Positions 18,620 to 27,472 of a DNA stretch of 64,000 bases are shown one piece after another. Position 1 is the stretch's first letter. Each line of letters starts with the position of its first letter. Origin of the DNA: Patescibacteria group bacterium. GTDB taxonomy: Bacteria; Patescibacteriota; Patescibacteriia; CAIXNZ01. The position numbers and the translations under genes are program-made. The notes under the pieces were generated by a model. It did not search any database and was not told the origin of the DNA. It worked only from the letters and a program-made list of their open reading frames with translations. The DNA lies in contig JBAZJU010000008.1 of the NCBI GenBank assembly GCA_041651155.1, positions 1,932 to 65,931 of the forward strand, given 5' to 3'.

Positions 18620-20830
18620 CTATTTTTTTGCGCCCTTCTTTATTATCTTCTTTCTTAAAGCCAACAAAGCTGCAAAAAATAACAGAATTATTAAGAATAC
18701 AAGCCAAAACCACCAGGGAATTTTTAATTCTTGTCTTGGCACGAATTTTTCTTTTAGCGTTAGAGAAACCTGTTCCGATGGTTCTGAATTAAGCCCATTT
18801 ATACTGGCAATAGCGTATAAAGTATAACGGCCCGGCTCTAAAATTTTTTCTAAACTAATCATCCATAATCCCTGTTCGCTTGCTTTAGTTGAAACAATTA
18901 TTTCAGGCGAGGCTGCTAAGTGCAGAGTAACAAGGGAATTTTTCTCAGCCCGTCCGGTTATCATTAGCACATTTTTTACAAAAAACCTGCCGATCTGTTC
19001 AGGCATTATAATATGATCGATAAAGGGAGGAGCCACTGCTTTAATAGCAGGCTGGATTAAATTATATGTTGCCGGTTCTTTGTTTATGACTGTAAAATTT
19101 TGCAAATCAATATAAGCTTCAATGGCATTGCCGGCATTGTCAACTGCACGTAAAGATAATATTTTGCCAAGTTTGTCTGATTCATTTAAAACATAAGGGC
19201 TTTGCGCCTTTTGCCACTCTCCATTATCAATTTTCATTTCATAATAAGCAACCCCGGAACTCTTATCCAAAGCTGAAAAATAGAGTTTATATTGCTTGCT
19301 GCCGTCTGCTAAAATTCCTGTCTCAATGCTGGGTTTAAAAAATTCCGGCGGAGAGGTATCAATCTTAACTTGATAATGCGCTGTCGGACCCCAGCCATCA
19401 ATATATTTGACTTTAAGGTGAAAATACCAAAACCCATCAGCAATATTACTAAAAGCAAAAAGCTTATCCTGGCTGGAATAATAGCCAATGCTTGGATCAG
19501 CTAATGGATTTTGATCTAAATTAAAAGTATAACCTAGGCCTTCATCGGCAACTTGCCAGGCAAACTGAGGTTGATTATTGGCATACCATTGATTTTGCTC
19601 AGGATGGCTTGGCGAACTAATTATTGGCGATGTTTTATTGGACGTTTCTGTAAAATTTTGTTCTGCGCATACAGGCAATGGGCAACTAAACGACCCTCCT
19701 CCGCAAGGAGGACACTGGCCACCAAAAACAGTAACTCTAACGCTTAAATTAGAGCTCAAAGGATTAGTAATATTATTATCAAGAGCTTTAAAAACAGCAT
19801 AGTAAATCCCAGAATTTGTTGGTGCCCAACTAAATCTTGAAGTTGAAGTTATACCCGTAATAATTGGGTTTAAAGTTGCATTTTCCAGAGGTTCCAGGCT
19901 CAAAACAATATTATCATTATCTGGATCAGTGGCAGTTATATTAAATGTCAAAGTTTCGCCGGCATTAACTGTTTTTTCCGGGATTGGATCAAAGACAGGC
20001 TGATGGTTTTGTGGCGGAACTGGTTCTGAAACTCCAATACTTACTGTTAACGTAGAACTTTTTGATCCCAAGTCACTATCATCTACTGCGACAAATGAAG
20101 TTGTAAATACTCCCTTGCTTTGGGGTGTCCAATTGAAATCACCATAAACAATACTGGCGTTATTTGTAATGTTGGCCATCGTGGCATCTGCAGGAATATT
20201 CCAATTTAAATTGACAATATCATCATCAGGATCAGCGGCTTGAAGATGAAAACTTACTGTCTCCCCCAAATTAATTTGCTTATTGCCAACCGGCTGAAAA
20301 ACCGGCGCCAAATTTGCCGGAGGTGGTGGTGGCGGCGCGCCAATGACATTAATTGTAATTCCCTGGCAACCGCTTAAATCAATTTGTTCTGTTTGATCCA
20401 CTGCAATTAAATGCGAACCGGCAGCAAAGGAAATTGTTGAGGAGCCAACCTGAGAAGCTTTAAAAATCAAAGTGCCGAACAATGAATTAGAATTCACGGA
20501 ATCAACCAAAACAAAGCCACCGACATTAATATGATTGCTGGAATTATTCAATTCCCTGCCAGGACTTTGATTTGGCCAAGCAGTACCCAAACTAAAATCG
20601 TTAATGGAAATGACATTGCCGCTTGTATAATCCAAAATTGCCCTGACTGTATTTAAAGCAGCGCCATTAGGCTCAACCATAATATCAACATAAATGGTAT
20701 CTCCCACATAATAATCTGTTTTAGCTGAAATTAGCCTCATTATAGCACTCCCAGCTGCTTGGACTGGAATAATAGGCAAAATAAAACTAACTAGCAATAA
20801 AGATAGAATGATTTTTATTATTTTTTTCAT
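18620..20830 (-). CDS. cohesin-like plus cadherin/Ig-like domain surface protein with C-terminal TM anchor
   Basis: Likely start MKKIIK at 20830; VGDTIYVDIMV...LDY...FGTLIFKASQVGSSTISF cohesin-like domain; two N..PVF...A.DPD.D repeats; Ig-like domains; WWFW TM plus basic tail. Confidence 0.75.
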   Translation of the reverse strand: MKKIIKIILSLLLVSFILPIIPVQAAGSAIMRLISAKTDYYVGDTIYVDIMVEPNGAALNTVRAILDYTSGNVISINDFSLGTAWPNQSPGRELNNSSNHINVGGFVLVDSVNSNSLFGTLIFKASQVGSSTISFAAGSHLIAVDQTEQIDLSGCQGITINVIGAPPPPPPANLAPVFQPVGNKQINLGETVSFHLQAADPDDDIVNLNWNIPADATMANITNNASIVYGDFNWTPQSKGVFTTSFVAVDDSDLGSKSSTLTVSIGVSEPVPPQNHQPVFDPIPEKTVNAGETLTFNITATDPDNDNIVLSLEPLENATLNPIITGITSTSRFSWAPTNSGIYYAVFKALDNNITNPLSSNLSVRVTVFGGQCPPCGGGSFSCPLPVCAEQNFTETSNKTSPIISSPSHPEQNQWYANNQPQFAWQVADEGLGYTFNLDQNPLADPSIGYYSSQDKLFAFSNIADGFWYFHLKVKYIDGWGPTAHYQVKIDTSPPEFFKPSIETGILADGSKQYKLYFSALDKSSGVAYYEMKIDNGEWQKAQSPYVLNESDKLGKILSLRAVDNAGNAIEAYIDLQNFTVINKEPATYNLIQPAIKAVAPPFIDHIIMPEQIGRFFVKNVLMITGRAEKNSLVTLHLAASPEIIVSTKASEQGLWMISLEKILEPGRYTLYAIASINGLNSEPSEQVSLTLKEKFVPRQELKIPWWFWLVFLIILLFFAALLALRKKIIKKGAKK

Positions 20831-20931
20831 AGATTGAAATAAGTAATAAGAAATAAGAAATATGGAATTGGAATTATTTAAATAATCATTTTTCACTTTT
20901 CCTTATTACCTATTTCCTATTACCTATTATT

Positions 20932-22248
20932 TCAATATATTCCATCCCAATGTGCTGCCAAACCCGATAAATCAAAATCATCAACAATACTATCTTCATT
21001 AAAATCAGCATAGCACCAATTTGCCTGCCAGTGATAAGCCAAACCAGCTAAATCAAAATCGTCTATTTTGCCATCATTATTTGTATCACCTGTTTTGCTA
21101 CGTACCACTGTGGCGTTTAAAATATCGCTATTTTGGCCATAGCTATCGCGAGCAAAAATCAAAAAAAGATTATTCCCCAAAATCAAATTAACCAATGTAT
21201 TCCAAGTTGTCTGAGTCGGATAATTAATAATTCCTGATAAATCATTAATCTGAATAATAGTATTGTCTGGCTTTGTCCCGCTTAAAGTTGCGGTTGGCAA
21301 AAAAATCGGGCATGCTCTAGCGTCTAGTGTTGGCATCGCTGGCCGAGGCGGATAAATATGTCCCCCTCCCGTTATAAAACCGTGCACTTCGTTTGAAGGG
21401 GCAAAAAGACTTTCTGTATCATAAACATAAACTTTAAAATAGTAATCCTCATTAACATCCAAATCATTAATTGTGTACGTTGTCTGCGTCCTGTTATTAA
21501 AGGTTGCCACCAGATCTCCGGTCAGGTTAGTTAAGCCTGGCGTTTCAGACATATAGACCTCGTAGCGTTCAAAATCTAAATCAATATTTTGCGTCCAATT
21601 TAAAATTGCTGAAAGTGTTTGGGTATATTCTGCTTCACTTAAAATAACTGGATTAGGCGGTGCTCCAGCTGTCTGGCCGCCCACGCCAATTTGATCAACA
21701 AAAATCGCTACTGCCAATTTGCCAGAGTCTCCATAATTTCCAGACAAAGTAATTATTTTTGAACCGATTGTGGCTGGATTAATGATCTGATGACTGCCGC
21801 CATTGGCGTTTAGGCCGATTCTAATTACGACTTTGTCATTTGGTAAAATATCGCCATTGGCATTATCAGTCGGGTGCATTAAATCTAGATGACTGCCAGA
21901 AATAGTTATCCCCCAATTAGTGGCATTGGCGCTTGAAGCTAAAGTTTCATTGGTTTCCAGGCCAGTTATAGGTCCATGCAATAAATCAATATCTGCGAAA
22001 GTAATTGCGGATAAATTAAACCCACTGTCAAAAATTATTCTTAAATATTGTCCGCTTTCACCTATTCCACCTGGCGTGTTAAATTTTATTTCATGATTTG
22101 CAGCCACCAAAGGCGCCTGTCGGTTCATTCTATCGCTCAAAGCGCTTAAACTGGAAGCCTTGGAATTTTCCGGCAACACAAAAATTATAGTGATTAAAAA
22201 AATACTAAAAATTATCCAAATTTTATTATTTCCTCTATGTTTAAACAT
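20932..22248 (-). CDS. secreted protein with FN3 and C-terminal dockerin-like domains
   Basis: FN3 (LNW...YEVY...YTINDL...YYFKVY); duplicated Ca-loop GDTNNDGKIDDFDLAGLAYHW / ADFNEDSIVDDFDLSGLAAHW. Confidence 0.8.
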   Translation of the reverse strand: MFKHRGNNKIWIIFSIFLITIIFVLPENSKASSLSALSDRMNRQAPLVAANHEIKFNTPGGIGESGQYLRIIFDSGFNLSAITFADIDLLHGPITGLETNETLASSANATNWGITISGSHLDLMHPTDNANGDILPNDKVVIRIGLNANGGSHQIINPATIGSKIITLSGNYGDSGKLAVAIFVDQIGVGGQTAGAPPNPVILSEAEYTQTLSAILNWTQNIDLDFERYEVYMSETPGLTNLTGDLVATFNNRTQTTYTINDLDVNEDYYFKVYVYDTESLFAPSNEVHGFITGGGHIYPPRPAMPTLDARACPIFLPTATLSGTKPDNTIIQINDLSGIINYPTQTTWNTLVNLILGNNLFLIFARDSYGQNSDILNATVVRSKTGDTNNDGKIDDFDLAGLAYHWQANWCYADFNEDSIVDDFDLSGLAAHWDGIY

Positions 22249-22355
22249 TTTTATTTTATTTGAAATTTGGATTTTGTTATTTGAAATTTATATTTATATT
22301 ATACCTTAAATATAAAAAAATTCCTAAAATAAAATTCGCAGATTCGCATTATTCG

Positions 22356-22385
22356 CCTGCCCGCCGTAGCTTTAGCGAAGGTGGG
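22356..22385 (+). repeat. 30-nt hairpin element inserted in an ATTCGCA array
   Basis: CCTGCCCGCCGTAGCTTTAGCGAAGGTGGG interrupts ATTCG|CAGATTCGCATT. Confidence 0.8.
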
Positions 22386-22398
22386 CAGATTCGCATTA

Positions 22399-25395
22399 TC
22401 AAATCCTAAATTCACAAATTTCCCTAAAATCACAAAAGCTGCATTTGTGGTACTCAGGGCTGGCTGAAAACTGGCTAGATTTAATTTCTTCAATTGTGGT
22501 AATAAATTCATTTTCAAGCTTGTCTAATTCTTTGTCCGATCCTAAAAATGACAACTGAGAATTATTATCAATGTAATAAAATGTTAATTTGCCAACCGGA
22601 TTCCCGCCTGTTATTTCTGGTAAATTCAAACAGGCAAATTGATATAAAAGTAATTGCGTTTTTTCATCTAAACTTAATTTATCTTTTGGCGAACCAGTCT
22701 TGTAATCAATTAATTCCACTGTTTTATCAGGCAATAAATCAATGCGATCAATAAATCCCCTAATTGTATAAAATTCATTTTTAGAACGAGACATTTTAAT
22801 GTTAAAACCTTTTTCCAGACTAAGCGTATTTAAAATTTTATCCTTATTTTCTTCATAGAATAATTTTATGAATTCCCTGCCTTTTTTAAGATATTTTTCT
22901 TTATCCTCTTTATTATTAAACCATTCATCAATCCAGGAATCTGCAAAGATTTTTTTAAATTCTTCAAAACTGACCAGGTCGCCTATTTTTTTGCTTTCAC
23001 CTTTGGAGCTAGTTTTAGGGCTAAATAAATCTGTTTGGGCACTTTGAATCTTTGAATTTGCTAAAACATAAAATTTCTGTAAAGCAGTATGCATGCTTTT
23101 GCCATAAGAAAATACGCCCTTGCCCAAAACCGGAATTTTAAATATATGGGCCAGTTTATACTGATAAGGACAGGTGCGAAAGGCCGTAATTTGGGAAAAA
23201 GAAAATTGGGTCGGCAAAGCAAAAACTTCTTTTTGTTTTTTCTTACTGGCAACCTGTATTTCTGCTTTATTGCCAATACTTTTTTCTGTAGCCTTGGAAA
23301 CTTGCTGATCAAGCTTAAACCCTTTATTTGTTTGAGCTAATTCTGCCAAAAACTGAGAAATTTTCTTTTTTCGCGCGCCGCCATAATCATCTGCAGACGT
23401 TAAAAATAAGCCTTTTTTAGCGCGCGTCATTGCCACATAAAACAAACGTCTTTCTTCCTGCAAATGAAAATCTCCTTCTGGCAAAATATCTTTAACTAGT
23501 GGCTCGGGAATTTCAATAGGCTCTCCTCTTTTCACAGTTGGAAATCGCTGTTCAACTAAATTTGGAATAAAAACATATTCAAATTCCAGGCCCTTGGCAG
23601 AATGCACAGTCATAATTTTAATCACATCCGGCCCCATTTCCAGATCAAATTTCAATGGACCGCTTTCGCCTGATTCTAATTCCAGCTCCAGTTCAGCCAT
23701 AAAATTCTGCAACGATGGATCACTGGCGCCTTCTTCAAAAGTTTTTATCCTGTTATAGAATTGGTTTAAATAATCAGCATTTTGCTTGGCCAAAGCTTCG
23801 TCAGCGCCCAAAATCTTGGCCAGATATTTGGAATCCTGCATAAAAGCCAGCATTATCTCGCCGACTGTTTTTTCGCGGGTTAAAGCAGAATGCTTTTGGA
23901 TTAAAGATAAAAAGAAATTAATTTGCGAAACTGTTTCAGCAGAGATGCCGAAAATTGTAGAAGCTAATTTTAAGGCCTCGTATAAAGAAAAATTCTTCTT
24001 ATTGGCAAAATGGCAAAGTTTGGTTAATTCCTCGTCAGAGATATTGACAATCGGCGAGCGCAACAGCCGAAAAACCGCCGGGCTTTCATGATAATTATCT
24101 AAAAGCTTAAAATAATTTAAAATATCCAGAATAATCGGCTTATTATATAAGCCGCGCAAAGCCACAAATTGGTAAGGCAGGTTTGTTTTGCGCAAAAAAT
24201 TAATAAAGGTCGTGGCTGAATCATTGGCGCGAACTAAGATTGCAAAATCCGACCAATTTAATTCTTTATTCTTTTTTCTTAATTCTAAAATTTTATTTAT
24301 CACTCCCCTTACCTCTTCATCAAGAGTTTTAAAATGCAAATGCTCAATTTCAGACACACATTTATTATTGGCCTTTAGTTGTTTTTTAATCTTTGAACCT
24401 TTTTGCGCCTCTAAACGGTTTGGATTATTTAATTGGATAAAATTGTAAGACAAATCCAAAATATCCTGGCAGGAGCGGTAATTTTCAGTTAAAACAATAT
24501 TTTGTGCTTTAAGATAATCTTTTTGAAATTGCAAAATATTGGAGACGGAGGCGCCCCTAAATTTATAAATTGATTGGTCATCATCAGCCACAACTGTTAA
24601 ATTAGCCTTCTCCCCTGCCAAAAGTTTGACCAAATTATACTGGGCAAAATTTGTGTCTTGGAATTCATCAACTAAAATGTATTCAAATTGTTTCTGATAT
24701 TTTTGCAATATATTTTTGCGCTGTTTAAATAATCTTAAAGTGTAATTAATCAGATCTCCAAAATCAAAAGCATTATTATCCAAAAGTAATTGCTGATAAA
24801 CATGATAAGCATTGGCAATTTCTTTTAAACGCCTGACTTCCTCAACTAATCCTTCGTCGCCCTGTTTTGTATCCAAATCCAATTCCCTTTTTTCTGCATA
24901 AGCCAGATAATCTTCTGGATAAATTTCCTCATCTTTACAGCGGGAAAAATGAGTTAATAGCGCATGAATAAATTTTGTGGGATTGCCTAATGGCTTATAA
25001 TAATCCAAATCAAACTTATCCAAATTCTGCCTCACCAAAAGCCAGGCGCTCGTTTGATTTAGCAATTTAAAATCATTGCTTAAGCCAATATCCAGAGCAT
25101 GTTGTTCCAAAATTTTCTGGCAAAAAGAATGAAAAGTGGAAATCCACAAATCAACATAACCATAAGGCAAAAGCTTATCTACTCTTTCCTGCATTTCCCC
25201 AGCTGCTTTGTCAGTAAAAGTTAAAGCCAAAATCGCATCGGTTTTCACATCTTTATCCAAAATCAAATGGCTGATTCTTTGGGTAATGACCATTGTTTTG
25301 CCAGTGCCTGCGCCTGCCACAATCAAAAGAGGACCATTGCCAAAGGTAATGGCTTTTTTCTGCTGGAGATTAAATTTAGGTTTATTTTCAGACAT
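22399..25395 (-). CDS. UvrD/PcrA-family helicase fused to a PD-(D/E)XK nuclease with Fe-S cysteines
   Basis: AGAGTGKT, LVDEFQDTN, TVHSAKGLEF, EERRLFYVAMTRA; C-terminal CPYQY, GFIDRID, IDYKTG, QLLLY, CSFCDFREIC; likely start MSENK at 25395. Confidence 0.92.
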   Translation of the reverse strand: MSENKPKFNLQQKKAITFGNGPLLIVAGAGTGKTMVITQRISHLILDKDVKTDAILALTFTDKAAGEMQERVDKLLPYGYVDLWISTFHSFCQKILEQHALDIGLSNDFKLLNQTSAWLLVRQNLDKFDLDYYKPLGNPTKFIHALLTHFSRCKDEEIYPEDYLAYAEKRELDLDTKQGDEGLVEEVRRLKEIANAYHVYQQLLLDNNAFDFGDLINYTLRLFKQRKNILQKYQKQFEYILVDEFQDTNFAQYNLVKLLAGEKANLTVVADDDQSIYKFRGASVSNILQFQKDYLKAQNIVLTENYRSCQDILDLSYNFIQLNNPNRLEAQKGSKIKKQLKANNKCVSEIEHLHFKTLDEEVRGVINKILELRKKNKELNWSDFAILVRANDSATTFINFLRKTNLPYQFVALRGLYNKPIILDILNYFKLLDNYHESPAVFRLLRSPIVNISDEELTKLCHFANKKNFSLYEALKLASTIFGISAETVSQINFFLSLIQKHSALTREKTVGEIMLAFMQDSKYLAKILGADEALAKQNADYLNQFYNRIKTFEEGASDPSLQNFMAELELELESGESGPLKFDLEMGPDVIKIMTVHSAKGLEFEYVFIPNLVEQRFPTVKRGEPIEIPEPLVKDILPEGDFHLQEERRLFYVAMTRAKKGLFLTSADDYGGARKKKISQFLAELAQTNKGFKLDQQVSKATEKSIGNKAEIQVASKKKQKEVFALPTQFSFSQITAFRTCPYQYKLAHIFKIPVLGKGVFSYGKSMHTALQKFYVLANSKIQSAQTDLFSPKTSSKGESKKIGDLVSFEEFKKIFADSWIDEWFNNKEDKEKYLKKGREFIKLFYEENKDKILNTLSLEKGFNIKMSRSKNEFYTIRGFIDRIDLLPDKTVELIDYKTGSPKDKLSLDEKTQLLLYQFACLNLPEITGGNPVGKLTFYYIDNNSQLSFLGSDKELDKLENEFITTIEEIKSSQFSASPEYHKCSFCDFREICEFRI

Positions 25396-25444
25396 ATTTA
25401 ACTTAATTTTACAGGAAAAACTGAATTTAAACAATTTGATGTTA

Positions 25445-25514
25445 TTTGAGGCTAAGCCTTGAACTAAAGCTTAACTTTCTGGAGTCTCAAATTACTTCAA
25501 GGCTTAGCCTCAAA
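25445..25514. repeat. 19-bp inverted repeat pair (REPIN-like doublet)
   Basis: TTTGAGGCTAAGCCTTGAA-32 nt-TTCAAGGCTTAGCCTCAAA. Confidence 0.85.
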
Positions 25515-25529
25515 CGTAATCCAGTCAAT

Positions 25530-25558
25530 TTGACCAAATTTGAAAATATTGCTTTAAT
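25530..25558 (+). promoter_or_regulatory. putative sigma70 promoter
   Basis: TTGACC-17 bp-TTTAAT upstream of the AAGGAG-led ORF at 25595. Confidence 0.5.
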
Positions 25559-25594
25559 AAAGACAACTTTGAACCTTAAAAAGGAGACGCAAAA

Positions 25595-25843
25595 ATGCCA
25601 CAAGAAAAGCAGAACAGAATAAAAGGAATTGGCTTGGTTTTAGCTTCTGAAGCAGCTATTCGGGAAATAGAAACTAAAGATAAAATTTTCCCCTCATCTT
25701 TCGTTCGTCCACCAAATTTTGACAAGGTTATGCCTGATCGGGGTAGCCCAATATCCGAAATAATTGATCCTGAAATGGCAAATTGGAAAAGAGACTGCGA
25801 AAAAAAGAAACGAAAAGCAAAGCCAAAAAAAGGAGGAAAATAG
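25595..25843 (+). CDS. hypothetical basic protein
   Basis: ORF track; AAAAGGAG RBS. Confidence 0.7.
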   Translation: MPQEKQNRIKGIGLVLASEAAIREIETKDKIFPSSFVRPPNFDKVMPDRGSPISEIIDPEMANWKRDCEKKKRKAKPKKGGK

Positions 25844-25844
25844 A

Positions 25845-26141
25845 GTGACAAATGAAGAACGTCGGGAATTTAAAAAAAAGTATAAGTCACAACCCTACAC
25901 ACCACCGCCTATAAAAAAACGTCACATTACTCAGACAACCTTCACAAAACAGATAGGAATTAACAAAGAAACAGCAAGGGAGCTGAAGGAGATTCAGGCT
26001 AAAGCCAAAAAGAAAAAAGGTAAGACCAGCTTTGCAAAGGATTTAAAGAAAGCCTTCAAAGTGGCTGAAAAGGTCCAAAAGCGGCTTAAAGAAATATCCA
26101 GAGTAGATGAAGACCGACTCCGCACCAGGATGACAATTTGA
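25845..26141 (+). CDS. hypothetical Lys-rich protein
   Basis: GTG start at 25845 preceded by AGGAGG; MTNEERREFKKK...RLRTRMTI. Confidence 0.7.
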   Translation: MTNEERREFKKKYKSQPYTPPPIKKRHITQTTFTKQIGINKETARELKEIQAKAKKKKGKTSFAKDLKKAFKVAEKVQKRLKEISRVDEDRLRTRMTI

Positions 26142-26169
26142 TCTTTCAGGACGCCAAAGGAGGTTTAAA

Positions 26170-26346
26170 ATGTCTGAGAAAAAAATCGATCGCTTGGGGC
26201 GAAAAGAAAATATCTGGCCCAGGAAGGAACTTGAACGAATTTTTGAATTAGCTAAACGAGATGAAATACGATGGGAAAAGATGCAAAAAATTGACGAATC
26301 CAAACTTCGCCAAAGAATCACTTTCCCTGGCTTTGAAAACTTATAA
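26170..26346 (+). CDS. 58-aa hypothetical protein (not in the ORF track)
   Basis: AAGGAGGT RBS; MSEKKIDRLGRKENIWPRKELERIFELAKRDEIRWEKMQKIDESKLRQRITFPGFENL. Confidence 0.7.
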   Translation: MSEKKIDRLGRKENIWPRKELERIFELAKRDEIRWEKMQKIDESKLRQRITFPGFENL

Positions 26347-26356
26347 GGAGCTGAAA

Positions 26357-26800
26357 ATGAGGAAAAAGCTTGACAGAGAGCAATTTCTAGGCCCCAAGGG
26401 TTCTGAATTAAGAAAGTTCATGGAGCGACCTGGCTGTTATTACCCAGGCTCGGATGGAATTGACGAAGAAACAGCAAGAAAGCTCAATGAGCACATAGAT
26501 AAAGCTCATCGAGGCGAATTAAAAGGAGGATTCCCTAAAGAAGTGCTGGAAAGAGAAAAGCGACTCAAGTTTCCCAGAAAGAGAAAAAGTTTCAACAGAG
26601 ATAAATTCCTCGGACCTCCGGGTTCTGAATTAAGAAAACTCATGATGCGACCTGGGCGTCTGGAGCTAGGTCCGGAAGGAATTGACGAAGAAACTGCCAA
26701 GAAACTAAATGAACTATTCGAAAAAGTCGAACGTGGCGAAGTCCCCGAAGGAATTCCACAGCACGTTCTTGAACGGGAAAAACAACTAAGATTCTGCTAG
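26357..26800 (+). CDS. hypothetical protein with an internal ~72-aa duplication
   Basis: TAAGGAG RBS, ATG at 26357; FLGP.GSELRK.M.RPG...GIDEETA.KLNE...VLEREK.L.F occurs twice. Confidence 0.75.
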   Translation: MRKKLDREQFLGPKGSELRKFMERPGCYYPGSDGIDEETARKLNEHIDKAHRGELKGGFPKEVLEREKRLKFPRKRKSFNRDKFLGPPGSELRKLMMRPGRLELGPEGIDEETAKKLNELFEKVERGEVPEGIPQHVLEREKQLRFC

Positions 26801-26809
26801 TGCAAAACT

Positions 26810-26833
26810 AAAAGGCGCCAATAAGCGCCTTTT
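26810..26833 (+). terminator. intrinsic terminator
   Basis: AAAAGGCGC-CAATAA-GCGCCTTTT. Confidence 0.7.
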
Positions 26834-26850
26834 AAAATTGGCTTTTGTGC

Positions 26851-26879
26851 TTGACAACCAGCTAAATTTTTGCTTAACT
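26851..26879 (+). promoter_or_regulatory. putative sigma70 promoter
   Basis: TTGACA-17 bp-TTAACT with a TG extension. Confidence 0.5.
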
Positions 26880-26900
26880 TAAAGCAAATTTAAACAAAGG

Positions 26901-26934
26901 TCTCCTTCGTCCCGCGGAGCGGGACTACGGCGGA
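26901..26934 (+). repeat. REP-like hairpin (CCTTC-GTCCCGC/GCGGGAC-TACGG)
   Basis: A second copy in opposite orientation lies at 37381-37413. Confidence 0.8.
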
Positions 26935-26950
26935 CCGAGGGGAGGGAAAA

Positions 26951-27145
26951 ATGAGCGACATGTTGCTGGTTGAAGAACATCTTTGCCTAAACTGCAAAGA
27001 AACGTTCAGAATTGTGGTGATTGAAGAATCAGTCAAATTGACCAAAGAAGACAAGCGACTACTTAAAAATGACGGAATCTTTACTATCAAAAAAGGCAAA
27101 AAATTCGAATGCCCGAATTGCCTGCACAAAGTAGAAGTAAAATAA
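26951..27145 (+). CDS. small zinc-ribbon protein
   Basis: CLNC...CPNC; GGAGG RBS. Confidence 0.75.
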   Translation: MSDMLLVEEHLCLNCKETFRIVVIEESVKLTKEDKRLLKNDGIFTIKKGKKFECPNCLHKVEVK

Positions 27146-27225
27146 GTTCGCCGTCGCTTTGGCCTAGGCTTGCCTTGCAAAACAGGTCAAGACGGGTAAA
27201 GCTATAGCGACCGAAGGGAGGGAAA

Positions 27226-27429
27226 ATGACAGAGCCAGATGAAAAATTTACAACCAAAGACATTGATTGTCCGAATTGCCACAAAACAAATCGCCTTGTA
27301 ATCATTGAAAAAGGCCATGCGTTAAGTGAAAAATATCAAATCCTATTGACAAACGCCGGCTGCACAATCACTAATTCTGAATCAGAATTTGTCTGCAACC
27401 ATTGCGACCAGAAAAATGAAATAAAATAA
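27226..27429 (+). CDS. small zinc-ribbon protein (paralog)
   Basis: CPNC...CNHC, shares R.V.IE and a C-terminal E.K; same leader ACCGA.GGGAGGGAAAATG. Confidence 0.75.
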   Translation: MTEPDEKFTTKDIDCPNCHKTNRLVIIEKGHALSEKYQILLTNAGCTITNSESEFVCNHCDQKNEIK

Positions 27430-27437
27430 TTTCCAGC

Positions 27438-27472
27438 AAAAAAGCCGTCCCGAAAGCGAGACGGCGTTTTTT
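27438..27472. terminator. bidirectional terminator
   Basis: AAAAAA-GCCGTCCCG-AAAG-CGAGACGGC-GTTTTT between convergent genes. Confidence 0.7.

Noticed and set aside
18620-22248. Cellulosome
   Set aside because: A single cohesin-like domain and no glycoside hydrolase fused to the dockerin; the GH113-like gene is unlinked and lacks a dockerin.
25595-27429. Prophage or integrative element
   Set aside because: No integrase, terminase, structural gene or att-like direct repeat was recognised; only small orphans.
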